IMG/VR virus record: IMGVR_UViG_3300027686_000002
Source of the DNA: an uncultured virus (IMG/VR IMGVR_UViG_3300027686_000002)
Taxonomy: Duplodnaviria > Heunggongvirae > Uroviricota > Caudoviricetes
Length of the DNA: 20,000 nt
Strand: one strand, 5' to 3'
The notes beneath the pieces were generated by a model that made no database searches, was not told the DNA's origin, and worked only from the letters and a program-made list of their open reading frames with translations. Shown piece by piece: positions 1-8,263 of this stretch. Both the position numbers and the translations under genes were made by a program. Numbering within the stretch: position 1 is the first letter of the stretch; each line of letters begins with the position of its first letter.

Positions 1-142
1 TAGCCAGTATCCAGACCGTTTTTGGATTAACTTTGAAGGTGAATGGATGAATGGCTTTGGAAATATGGTACCGTTTACTGCTCATTGCAAACTTGATATG
101 AATTCAACTGCTGGTAAAATAGTTGATATGTGGATTAAATAA
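1..142 (+). CDS. 3' end of a hypothetical protein (truncated by window edge)
   Basis: Frame starting at nt 2 is open (SQYPDRFWINFEGEWMNGFGNMVPFTAHCKLDMNSTAGKIVDMWIK) and stops at TAA 140-142, just before a promoter. Confidence 0.6.
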   Translation, partial: SQYPDRFWINFEGEWMNGFGNMVPFTAHCKLDMNSTAGKIVDMWIK

Positions 143-145
143 AGG

Positions 146-174
146 TTGACAAGCAAGACATCTTGCTGTATAAT
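146..174 (+). promoter_or_regulatory. sigma70-type early promoter with palindromic spacer (copy 1)
   Basis: TTGACA-17 nt-TATAAT, perfect consensus; spacer contains AGCAAGA-CA-TCTTGCT. Confidence 0.9.
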
Positions 175-219
175 ACATAGTATAAGTTAATTAAATAACA
201 ACAACAAGGAGAAACATAT

Positions 220-558
220 ATGTACGAAGTAGCAGAAATTAAGGCAATTGTGGAAAAAGCAAAAGCGGCAGCTCACACTGCATCACTAAAATACTTAAAT
301 GAAAACCTAAAGGGTGAAGATACTTATCCTTGTGGATTTGCTTGGGTTACTATTAACGGTATTAAAGGTAATACTAAGTTTGGAATGAACATGAAAAAAG
401 CCGGTCTTGAGCAAGATTATACTAAGGCTTGGAAAATTTGGAACCCTGGTACAGTTAACGTGCAAAACGTTGATGTTAAAGAAGCTGGTGCAGACGCGGC
501 AGCTAAGGTGTTTGAATCATTTGGATTTAAAGCATACTCAAACAGTAGGTTAGATTAA
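220..558 (+). CDS. hypothetical phage protein (CGFAWV...SRLD type)
   Basis: 112 aa ORF with AAGGAG RBS, downstream of the promoter. Confidence 0.8.
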   Translation: MYEVAEIKAIVEKAKAAAHTASLKYLNENLKGEDTYPCGFAWVTINGIKGNTKFGMNMKKAGLEQDYTKAWKIWNPGTVNVQNVDVKEAGADAAAKVFESFGFKAYSNSRLD

Positions 559-559
559 T

Positions 560-706
560 ATGGATGATGCAACAATCGCATTGTACGAACGCAGAATAGA
601 TAGTTGCGTTCGTGCTTCAAAGGCCGCAGAAAAGGGAACGTGGGCACACACCTTTTGGATGCAAACTGCTTCAGCTATTTTGAGAAAACTTCGTAGAAAC
701 TCTTAA
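560..706 (+). CDS. small hypothetical protein (48 aa, not in ORF track)
   Basis: ATG 560 follows the previous stop; reads MDDATIALYERRIDSCVRASKAAEKGTWAHTFWMQTASAILRKLRRNS* and fills the gap exactly up to the next promoter. Confidence 0.65.
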   Translation: MDDATIALYERRIDSCVRASKAAEKGTWAHTFWMQTASAILRKLRRNS

Positions 707-714
707 AATAAAGG

Positions 715-743
715 TTGACAAGCAAGACATCTTGCCGTATAAT
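715..743 (+). promoter_or_regulatory. sigma70-type early promoter with palindromic spacer (copy 2)
   Basis: TTGACA-AGCAAGACATCTTGCCG-TATAAT. Confidence 0.9.
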
Positions 744-789
744 AATAGTATAAAGTAAGAATTTAATAACAAAGCCTGGAGGCATATAT

Positions 790-1920
790 ATGTTAGAAAA
801 TATTGTAAAACTTGATACTCTGTTTAAAAGAGATACAAAAAGTAAAGTTCGCATGTGGGAAGTTGAATATGGACAAGGTCCTAGGCTACTTGCAGGAACA
901 CGTACTATCAGTGGTTTAGTTGATGGTGCCAAAGTTACAAGCGAATGGAATATGAGTGCTCCCAAGAACGTTGGTAGAGCAAACGAAACAACCGCATTAA
1001 GCCAAGCACAAGCCGAAGCCCAATCTTTATGGGATAAACGTATTGAGAAAGAGTACTTTACAAATGTTGACAGCATTGACTCTTATGAACAATTTAAGCC
1101 AATGCTTGCACATGATTATACAAAGCGTCCACAAGACAAAGGTTGGAGTCAGCCTAAGTTAGATGGTATTCGTTGTGTAGTTAATAGTAACGGAATGTGG
1201 ACACGTAGTGGTAAAGCTATTACAAGTTGCCCACACATTTGGGAATCTTTAAAAGGTTACATGGCAGAGCATCCAGGTCATATATTAGATGGTGAACTTT
1301 ATAACCATGAACTTAAAGCAGATTTTAATAAAATTATCTCACTTGTTCGTAAAACAAAAAGCACAGAAAAAGATATGGCTGAAGCTGAAACACTAGTGCA
1401 GTATCATGTTTATGATATGTTTAATACAACAGCACCAGATATGAATTTTGTTAATCGTGTTAAGCAAGCATATTGGGCTAAAAACGATTATGTTCATATT
1501 GTAAAAACTGACTTTGCAAACAGCCAAGAAGAGCTTGATATATTGTACAGTGAATACACAGAGCAAGGTTACGAAGGCCAAATGGTACGTAACGACACAG
1601 CATATGAAAGCAAACGTAGTAAGAACTTACTGAAACGTAAAGAGTTCATTACTGAAGAATTCAAAGTTCTACAAGTACTTGAAGGCCAAGGAAATTGGAG
1701 CGGATATGCTAAACGTTTTATACTTGAACTAGCAGACGGTAGACAGTTTGGTAGTGGAGTACGTGGACAGCAAGCACAGTTGGCAGAACTGTGGGCGGCT
1801 GGCAAAACAGCTAAAGGCATGCCCAATTGGGCCACTTGTAGATACTTTGAACTAACACCAGATGGAGTTCCACGTTTTCCAGTTATTGTGGACTACGGAT
1901 ACGGTGTACGTACTGATTAA
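790..1920 (+). CDS. lig: ATP-dependent DNA ligase
   Basis: PMLA, motif I QPKLDGIR, motif III LDGELY, IIIa YHVYD, IV EGQMVR, V LLKRK, C-terminal OB region ending in PRFP; GGAGG RBS. Confidence 0.95.
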   Translation: MLENIVKLDTLFKRDTKSKVRMWEVEYGQGPRLLAGTRTISGLVDGAKVTSEWNMSAPKNVGRANETTALSQAQAEAQSLWDKRIEKEYFTNVDSIDSYEQFKPMLAHDYTKRPQDKGWSQPKLDGIRCVVNSNGMWTRSGKAITSCPHIWESLKGYMAEHPGHILDGELYNHELKADFNKIISLVRKTKSTEKDMAEAETLVQYHVYDMFNTTAPDMNFVNRVKQAYWAKNDYVHIVKTDFANSQEELDILYSEYTEQGYEGQMVRNDTAYESKRSKNLLKRKEFITEEFKVLQVLEGQGNWSGYAKRFILELADGRQFGSGVRGQQAQLAELWAAGKTAKGMPNWATCRYFELTPDGVPRFPVIVDYGYGVRTD

Positions 1921-1944
1921 CTATAAATTAATTTAAATTAAATT

Positions 1945-1972
1945 AAAAACCCTTGTATTTTAAGGGTTTTTT
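1945..1972 (+). terminator. intrinsic terminator
   Basis: AAAAACCCTT-GTATTTT-AAGGGTTTTTT hairpin with U-tract after the ligase gene. Confidence 0.75.
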
Positions 1973-1986
1973 CTTTACGATTCCGG

Positions 1987-2015
1987 TTGACAAGTAAGAC
2001 GTCTTGCCGTATAAT
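1987..2015 (+). promoter_or_regulatory. sigma70-type early promoter with palindromic spacer (copy 3)
   Basis: TTGACA-AGTAAGACGTCTTGCCG-TATAAT; AAGACGTCTT is a perfect palindrome. Confidence 0.9.
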
Positions 2016-2050
2016 TAGTATATAAGTTAAACAAAACAAAGGATATAAAA

Positions 2051-2383
2051 ATGCAAAATGAAATAAACACATTGTTAGCAAGTATCAAGCAAGATTATAT
2101 TAGATGGACTACCCAAGATGGTAAGAAAGAGCTTACAGGCTATAACAAAGACCAAGTAGACAATTGGGATTCGTTGATGGAAGTTAAAGAAGGTAAAAAG
2201 TATATTAAGATTATCAGAGACAGGGGTGTTTGGGGTTTTGTTGTTAAGGAAGACGGTCCTAAATTTAAAAAAGGTGATATACTAAAAGCCGCAGGTTATA
2301 ATGCACCAGCTACTAACGCCGCAAGGGGTAACATTTTTGAAGAATTTAGTGTTGCTTGGACCGGTCCACATTACTTAAAATAA
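2051..2383 (+). CDS. hypothetical phage protein
   Basis: 110 aa with AAGGA RBS; KKYIKI..VWGFV..GDILKAAG..APA..ARGNI pattern resembles small early proteins of marine myophages (recalled, not searched). Confidence 0.8.
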   Translation: MQNEINTLLASIKQDYIRWTTQDGKKELTGYNKDQVDNWDSLMEVKEGKKYIKIIRDRGVWGFVVKEDGPKFKKGDILKAAGYNAPATNAARGNIFEEFSVAWTGPHYLK

Positions 2384-2394
2384 GGGAATATAAA

Positions 2395-2799
2395 TTGACA
2401 CCAGTACTTTACATACTAATGAGAAATGACCTTGCTTCGCTTAATGCGGGCAAGGCGATGGCACAGGCTAGCCATGCTAGTAATGCATTTCTCTTCAACT
2501 TAGTAAATGATCCATCAAAAGCTGACTATAAGGATTTAGTTGAAGAATGGATATCCACTACAACACAAGGCTTTGGCACTGTTTTTGTTCTAGCAGTTAA
2601 TGAAGAACAATTAAATAAGGCTATTGATCTTGCAGATGCAGATGGATTTGCAACTAACATAATTACTGATCCAACTTACCCAATCAAAGACGGTGACGTT
2701 ACGCACCATTTACCACTAGACACTTGTGGATATATATTTGGTGATCATGAAGATCCAATGTTGAGATTGATAACACAGGATTTAGAATTATATCCATAA
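2395..2799 (+). CDS. peptidyl-tRNA hydrolase, PTH2 family-like
   Basis: YILMRNDL..LNAGKAMAQASHA matches the PTH2 N-terminal motif (R-x-D-L...GK-x-x-AQ-x-x-HA), with a later D..T. Likely start is TTG 2395 after an AAGGG RBS (ORF track starts at 2356). Confidence 0.75.
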   Translation: MTPVLYILMRNDLASLNAGKAMAQASHASNAFLFNLVNDPSKADYKDLVEEWISTTTQGFGTVFVLAVNEEQLNKAIDLADADGFATNIITDPTYPIKDGDVTHHLPLDTCGYIFGDHEDPMLRLITQDLELYP

Positions 2800-2805
2800 T
2801 AGGAC

Positions 2806-2834
2806 TTGACAACCAAAGCGTCTTACCCTATACT
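2806..2834 (+). promoter_or_regulatory. sigma70-type promoter (degenerate copy 4)
   Basis: TTGACA-ACCAAAGCGTCTTACCC-TATACT; 17-nt spacer retains the GTCTT half-site. Confidence 0.75.
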
Positions 2835-2866
2835 GTATATATAACTTAATTAAAAAGGAAAACGAT

Positions 2867-3376
2867 ATGACACTCATTCAAAAAGCAGATCTTTTCGCAA
2901 GTGTAGCACATGCCGCAATTGGACAGAAACGCAAGTACAGCAATGATGACTATATCGTTCATCCTCGTAGAGTAGCAAAAACTGTTGAAACTGTTGGCGG
3001 CTCAGATGAGATGATTGCCGCGGCTTTGCTACATGATGTTATTGAAGATACTGCAATTACAGGTCCAATGATAATGTCAGCATTTGGAGCGACTGTATTT
3101 AAACTTGTATTGGAGTTAACTGACACTAGTAAGCCAGAAGATGGAAATCGTGCAGTACGCAAAGGAATTGACGCCACACGCTTAGGGTTTGCAAGCAAAG
3201 ATGCACAGATAATTAAACTTGCAGACTTAATTGATAACAGTAATGATATTGAAGCAAATGATCCAAGTTTCTCAAAAGTGTTTCTTAAAGAAAAAGCACA
3301 CTTACTTGATGTAATGGATAAGGTTCATGATCATGAGTTATATGTAACCGCACGTAAAAACTTAGGAGGTAAATAG
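2867..3376 (+). CDS. HD-domain hydrolase, RelA/SpoT (small alarmone hydrolase/Mesh1-like)
   Basis: AH..QKRK....YIVHP..VA, AALLHDVIEDT, V.ELTD and IKLAD.IDN motifs; no synthetase domain. Confidence 0.88.
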   Translation: MTLIQKADLFASVAHAAIGQKRKYSNDDYIVHPRRVAKTVETVGGSDEMIAAALLHDVIEDTAITGPMIMSAFGATVFKLVLELTDTSKPEDGNRAVRKGIDATRLGFASKDAQIIKLADLIDNSNDIEANDPSFSKVFLKEKAHLLDVMDKVHDHELYVTARKNLGGK

Positions 3377-3380
3377 TTAT

Positions 3381-3581
3381 ATGGAATTAGATTTTATCAT
3401 AGTAATGGGTGTGTTCACAATGTGTTGTGCATACTTTAACTGGAAAAGTGGATACCGTAATGGTGTAGCCGAAGGCATGGAACTAACATTAAAGATGTTA
3501 GAAGACGGCGGATACATTAAGATCGTAAATGATGAGATTACAGCAATTGCGAAAGTCTCTGAAATACGAAATGACGCATAA
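3381..3581 (+). CDS. small membrane-anchored hypothetical protein
   Basis: 66 aa, hydrophobic N-terminus, GGAGG upstream. Confidence 0.65.
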   Translation: MELDFIIVMGVFTMCCAYFNWKSGYRNGVAEGMELTLKMLEDGGYIKIVNDEITAIAKVSEIRNDA

Positions 3582-4404
3582 TTTATTCACATACGAAACA
3601 CTTGATGAGTTTCAGCAACAAGGTAAATGGCCTATTGCTGATTCTCTACTACTTTCTACGAAATACAAAGACAGATGGGAAATAGCAGAACGTTTATTTG
3701 ATGATGTTAATGAAGACTTCTTTATTAGACTTAACAAACAAGACGAATACAGTATAACAAAGTCTGTAGACCCAGAAATTCCACACAAGAGTTATTCCTT
3801 TCATCAATCAGGATCAGTGTTCAGTTACGACAACGACTTTATGGCAGGCCCAACAGACTGGGCATTAGATACACAGCACCCTAAAGAAGTAGTAGAACGT
3901 AGTAAGGTTTACATATACGATTGGACAGCAGATAATGTTAAAGAAAGTTCTCCAGAGTTTGATTACTTTGTAGAGATGCATAAAGATTTTAAACCAGTAC
4001 TAGATCATTATTTAAATGAGTGCTATTCAGACCAACAAGAATTAATAGAAAAAACTCTTTACAAATTAATGATAATACGTTATACTAATCCTAGTGCTAC
4101 CAAACACAACTTAGTAGAACATCGCAAATGGAATACAGAACGATTTGGAGATGGACACTTTGATGAAACATTAGGAGGTTTGCACTTAGGTGAAAATTAT
4201 TCTGAATTTACAGCAAGAAATGAAACAACAAACGAATGGGAAATTATTACTGAATTAACTGAAGATAAGAAAATGTGGATGCATGGAGAACATGCACAAC
4301 AAAGTGGCTGGATTCCTACTACACATGGAATGTCACATAATCCACAACCAGATCTTAAGGACCGTTACAGTATAATTTTTGATTTACAAGCAAGATACAA
4401 ATAG
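3571..4404 (+). CDS. putative 2OG-Fe(II) oxygenase (IPNS-like fold)
   Basis: IIRY...[12 protein letters not shown] (HxD)...PTTHGM (distal H)...RYSIIF (RxS 2OG-binding). Start ATG 3571 is preferred over 3529. Confidence 0.6.
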   Translation: MTHNLFTYETLDEFQQQGKWPIADSLLLSTKYKDRWEIAERLFDDVNEDFFIRLNKQDEYSITKSVDPEIPHKSYSFHQSGSVFSYDNDFMAGPTDWALDTQHPKEVVERSKVYIYDWTADNVKESSPEFDYFVEMHKDFKPVLDHYLNECYSDQQELIEKTLYKLMIIRYTNPSATKHNLVEHRKWNTERFGDGHFDETLGGLHLGENYSEFTARNETTNEWEIITELTEDKKMWMHGEHAQQSGWIPTTHGMSHNPQPDLKDRYSIIFDLQARYK

Positions 4405-4412
4405 GAGATATT

Positions 4413-5000
4413 ATGATAATACCAACAGTAATTGAATCAACAGGACGCGGCGAACGTGCATACGATATTTACAGTCGTTTGCTTAAAGATCGAATTGTAA
4501 TGCTTAATGGCGAAGTTAACGACCATACTGCAAATTTAGTAGTTGCACAGATGTTATTTTTAGAATCACAAAATAGTAGTGAAGATATTAATTTCTATAT
4601 TAATAGCCCAGGTGGTGCAGTTACAGCAGGCCTAGGAATTTACGATACTATGCAGTTTATTAAATCTCCAGTAAGTACAATTGTTATGGGCCAAGCATGT
4701 AGCATGGGTTCGTTCCTTGCTAACGCAGGCGAGCCAGGTAAGCGTTTAGTATTACCTAACAGTCGTACAATGATTCATCAGCCAAGCGGTGGTGCAGGTG
4801 GACAAGCAACTGATATGCAGATTCAAGTAAATGAGATTATTAAGATAAAAGAAAGTCTTACACGCATTTATGAGAAGCATAATAGTAAGGGCAAAACATA
4901 CGAAGTACTTGCAGAAGCTATGGAGCGTGATAACTTTATGTCCGCACAAGAAGCTGTAGACTTTGGTTTGGCCGATAAAGTTATAGAACGTAAAGTTTAA
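4413..5000 (+). CDS. clpP: ATP-dependent Clp protease proteolytic subunit
   Basis: [31 protein letters not shown], catalytic ACSMG (S), IHQP (H), RDNFM (D); AGGAG RBS. Confidence 0.98.
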   Translation: MIIPTVIESTGRGERAYDIYSRLLKDRIVMLNGEVNDHTANLVVAQMLFLESQNSSEDINFYINSPGGAVTAGLGIYDTMQFIKSPVSTIVMGQACSMGSFLANAGEPGKRLVLPNSRTMIHQPSGGAGGQATDMQIQVNEIIKIKESLTRIYEKHNSKGKTYEVLAEAMERDNFMSAQEAVDFGLADKVIERKV

Positions 5001-5002
5001 GA

Positions 5003-5008
5003 TAAATA
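5003..5008 (+). promoter_or_regulatory. T4-like late promoter core TAAATA, 5 nt before ATG
   Basis: GA-TAAATA-ATAGT-ATG(5014); no SD sequence. Confidence 0.6.
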
Positions 5009-5013
5009 ATAGT

Positions 5014-5706
5014 ATGAAGATACACGACATACTAGAATCAGAACAAATAGACGAAGGTCCAAACGACCCACATATATTCAAGGCAGTATTCCTAGCCGGC
5101 GGACCCGGCAGTGGAAAGAGCTTTGTTGCAAACGATATGTTGGGAGGTTCGGGACTAAAGACTATTAATAGCGATATGGTCTATGAATACATGGCTCAAA
5201 AGAAACAATTGGATTTAAGAGATCCTGAGCAAGTAGCTAGTCCAGATGGTCAAGAGATACGAAACCATTCAAAAACGTTAGCTGATCGAAGAAAGAACAT
5301 CTATCTAGACGGCCGCCTTGGAATTATTATAGACGGAACAGGAAAAGATGTGCAAAAGGTTGCAGACAGTATTAAGGTAATGAAAGACCTAGGATACGAG
5401 TCTATGATGATATTTGTTAATACAAGTCTAGAAATAGCACAGGAGCGTAACGACAAAAGGCAACGTAGATTGCCAACAGAGCTCGTTGCGAATATGTGGG
5501 GTACTGTACAAAATAATATAATGAAATTTCAACAATTATTTGGTGCGAGTGATTTCCATGTTGTTGACAACAGTGGAGGATTAGAAGATCCGTCAAGAAA
5601 AGAGAATTTTGGAAAAGTTTATAAAGAAATCCAAAAGTTTCTTAACAGACCACCAGCGTCAAGGATAGCGAAACAATGGTTAACTGACGTTAGAAGTAAA
5701 CCATAG
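5014..5706 (+). CDS. P-loop kinase (zeta toxin/AAA_33-like)
   Basis: AVFLAGGPGSGKS Walker A, INSD, IIDGTG, lid ERNDKRQR. Confidence 0.8.
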   Translation: MKIHDILESEQIDEGPNDPHIFKAVFLAGGPGSGKSFVANDMLGGSGLKTINSDMVYEYMAQKKQLDLRDPEQVASPDGQEIRNHSKTLADRRKNIYLDGRLGIIIDGTGKDVQKVADSIKVMKDLGYESMMIFVNTSLEIAQERNDKRQRRLPTELVANMWGTVQNNIMKFQQLFGASDFHVVDNSGGLEDPSRKENFGKVYKEIQKFLNRPPASRIAKQWLTDVRSKP

Positions 5707-5730
5707 TTATAAGTTCCCTCGATACTAAAA

Positions 5731-5763
5731 TAAATACTAAGCAGTTCAACATAGAATTGCTTA
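5731..5763 (+). promoter_or_regulatory. late promoter core TAAATA followed by a 10-bp hairpin
   Basis: TAAATA 5731-5736; TAAGCAGTTC-AACATA-GAATTGCTTA 5738-5763. Confidence 0.45.
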
Positions 5764-5783
5764 TCAATATGTGAAAGAATTAT

Positions 5784-6137
5784 ATGTATACTTACAGTGC
5801 GAAATTAATAAGAGTAATTAACGGTGACACATTGGACCTAGATATCGACTTAGGTTTCGATCTGTCTACAAAGCAACGATTAAAACTCCATGGTGTAAAT
5901 GCACCCGATTCTAGATCAATGGATATCGATATCAAACAAAAAGGTATTGATGCTAAACAAAGACTAATTGATCTATTGACTAAAGAGTTTAAAGTAACGA
6001 CTATCCTCAATAAGCGAGGAAAGTATGGAAGGATCTTAGGATTCATTTACGTAATTGATTCTAAGGGTAATGAAGTTAACGTAGGTGAAGTATTGGTCGA
6101 AGAAGGCCATGCGATACACTACAACACAGGAAAATAG
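5784..6137 (+). CDS. thermonuclease (SNase-like) family protein
   Basis: RVINGDTLDLDIDLGF, RLKLHGVNAPDS, GKYGRILG, LVEEGHA. Confidence 0.85.
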   Translation: MYTYSAKLIRVINGDTLDLDIDLGFDLSTKQRLKLHGVNAPDSRSMDIDIKQKGIDAKQRLIDLLTKEFKVTTILNKRGKYGRILGFIYVIDSKGNEVNVGEVLVEEGHAIHYNTGK

Positions 6138-6138
6138 T

Positions 6139-7824
6139 ATGAGGTATTTTGGTTATTGGACAATTTTAGTTGCACTATCAATAAGTGCTGTGGCGGCCTA
6201 CTATAGCATAGTTGGTCTTGTGGCTATCTTTGCCAGTGCCATTATACCGATTATTATTATGGGTACCGTATTAGAAATCGGTAAGTTAACCTCAGCAGTG
6301 TGGTTACACTTGCATTGGCGAGAAGCTCCCATGCTTATTAAGACGTATCTCACTGTAGCCGTGCTTATGCTAATGCTTATTACAAGCATGGGTATATTTG
6401 GCTTTTTATCTAAAGCACACATAGAACAAACTAGCCGGGCTACTGAGAACGTTGCTCAAATAGAACGCATTGAAGAAAGTATCGTAAGACAAAAGTTTAT
6501 TATTACTAAAGCAGATACTAGCATAGACAAACTTGAAAATACAGACAACAATAAAGACGAAGGTATTCAAGCAAAAATCAATGTAGAACAAGAAAGAATT
6601 AATTCAGCATACGCAGGTGTGCAACCATCAATTGATGAACAGAATGCAATTATTACAGATCAAAAAAATAGCTTAGAAAAACAAACAGCACCGTTTACTA
6701 GACAGTTAGAAGAGATTGATAATCAACTAGCGTCAATAGAAACGTATATTGCTAATGAAGATATTAAAAAATTACAAGGACTAATAGGCGCATCACAGGA
6801 TGGACGCTATGGAACTAAAACTGCTCAAGCAGTGAATGAATATAGAGCTGAAAAAGAAAAGAACAGACGCATGGTTTTATATCAGCTAAATAATATTAGA
6901 AGCCAGGAAGATACAGTTACTAAGGAAGCTAGAATAGAGATTAAAAGACTTAGAGCCTTTGCAGAACAACAAATTGCAGACTCTAACGCATTAATAACTA
7001 GACTTAGAGCAAACTTGGGACAAGGACAGTTAGTAGATAGTACAGACCAGATTAATGCACAACGTACTATTATTACTACAGCAGAAGATGTCCTAGATAC
7101 GTTATACACCGAGAAGTTTACATTAGAGGGCGATAGCAGATTATTAGAAGCAGAAGTAGGCCCTGTAAAGTATATTGCTGAATTAATATGGGGTGCAGAT
7201 CCTACTCGAAACATGTTGGACGATGCTGTTCGATTTGTTATATTAATGTTAGTACTAGTATTTGACCCACTAGCAATTGTGCTTGTAATATCAGGCATAA
7301 CACTAGTAGAAAGGTTTCCACGTAAGAAGAAACCAAAGGTAATATATGAAGAAAAAGAACCAATTTCTGAAAACATTGAAACAGACGATAGCGTCGAAGA
7401 AAATGTTGAAGTCATTGAAGAAACAAACGAAGATCAATCCAGTGTTAGCGTTCAAGATGAGATACTTGAAGAAGACGTAATACACACGGACGGCGAAGGC
7501 AAAGAGTACACAGTCGATGCACTTACAGGCAAGCGCCAATATCTTTTAGATGAATCACAGTATAGTTTAAACGACACAGCAAGATCAACTTTAAAAAAGG
7601 AAAAAAAAGAACTGGTAAATAAAATAGTAGCAGAGATGCGAAGCACAGGCAGTTGGCCCGGAGCAGGTTACTTATCAGATGATGGCGTAATCAAGAAAAG
7701 AATAGAAGATATATTTGCAGATGACGCATCGTTAGAGTTGAAAGAGTTAATGGCTAAGGCAGACTCAGCAGTGTTAAATGAAGTATACAAAGAAATCATA
7801 AAAGATACCAGAGATGAAAATTGA
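6139..7824 (+). CDS. membrane-anchored coiled-coil protein with a peptidoglycan-binding-like motif
   Basis: Three N-terminal TM segments, long coiled coil containing KKLQGLIGASQDGRYGTKTAQAV, a further TM (ILMLVLVFDPLAIVLVI) and an acidic tail. ATG 6139 is preferred. Confidence 0.75.
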   Translation: MRYFGYWTILVALSISAVAAYYSIVGLVAIFASAIIPIIIMGTVLEIGKLTSAVWLHLHWREAPMLIKTYLTVAVLMLMLITSMGIFGFLSKAHIEQTSRATENVAQIERIEESIVRQKFIITKADTSIDKLENTDNNKDEGIQAKINVEQERINSAYAGVQPSIDEQNAIITDQKNSLEKQTAPFTRQLEEIDNQLASIETYIANEDIKKLQGLIGASQDGRYGTKTAQAVNEYRAEKEKNRRMVLYQLNNIRSQEDTVTKEARIEIKRLRAFAEQQIADSNALITRLRANLGQGQLVDSTDQINAQRTIITTAEDVLDTLYTEKFTLEGDSRLLEAEVGPVKYIAELIWGADPTRNMLDDAVRFVILMLVLVFDPLAIVLVISGITLVERFPRKKKPKVIYEEKEPISENIETDDSVEENVEVIEETNEDQSSVSVQDEILEEDVIHTDGEGKEYTVDALTGKRQYLLDESQYSLNDTARSTLKKEKKELVNKIVAEMRSTGSWPGAGYLSDDGVIKKRIEDIFADDASLELKELMAKADSAVLNEVYKEIIKDTRDEN

Positions 7825-8263
7825 TAACGATAGTTACACAGTAACACCCCCAGATTTAATGATGACGGAACATGGGATTGGAATTCTAATCTCCTCAACT
7901 AATCACGAACTAGTAGATGACATTAAAGCAGTATTTGAACAATACATTGCTACAAGTGTTGTGTTTATGGTTCAAAATAATAAAACAAATGGAGGAACAT
8001 TACCTTGGATGTGGAATGTTTCTAAAACATGTGACTTCATGATAATTGATGTTGACACTTGTGCATGGGAAGATATTATGGCAGCACTTTTGAAATCAAA
8101 AGAAGAACCAAATACCGTCCTATTTTATAGTGATAAGTACAAGAGAAGGGAGACAGTTAAATTGATTAATGCAACAGGAACAAACTTAGTGGTTAGGTCA
8201 ATAAAAGATATAACAGCCTATATCCAAGTACAAATGAGCACAGAGTATCTAAATGAAATCTAG
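7814..8263 (+). CDS. hypothetical protein
   Basis: 149 aa ORF overlapping both neighbours (translational coupling). Confidence 0.75.
   Translation: MKIDNDSYTVTPPDLMMTEHGIGILISSTNHELVDDIKAVFEQYIATSVVFMVQNNKTNGGTLPWMWNVSKTCDFMIIDVDTCAWEDIMAALLKSKEEPNTVLFYSDKYKRRETVKLINATGTNLVVRSIKDITAYIQVQMSTEYLNEI

Noticed and set aside
1921..1946. AT-only run TAAATTAATTTAAATTAAATTAAAA
   Set aside because: Low-complexity intergenic sequence with no support for an origin or a repeat family.
146..2834. Recurring 29-bp element considered as a CRISPR repeat or integron attC site
   Set aside because: Copies are 0.5-1.3 kb apart and match the -35/-10 promoter consensus; no cas or integrase gene is present and they lack attC architecture.
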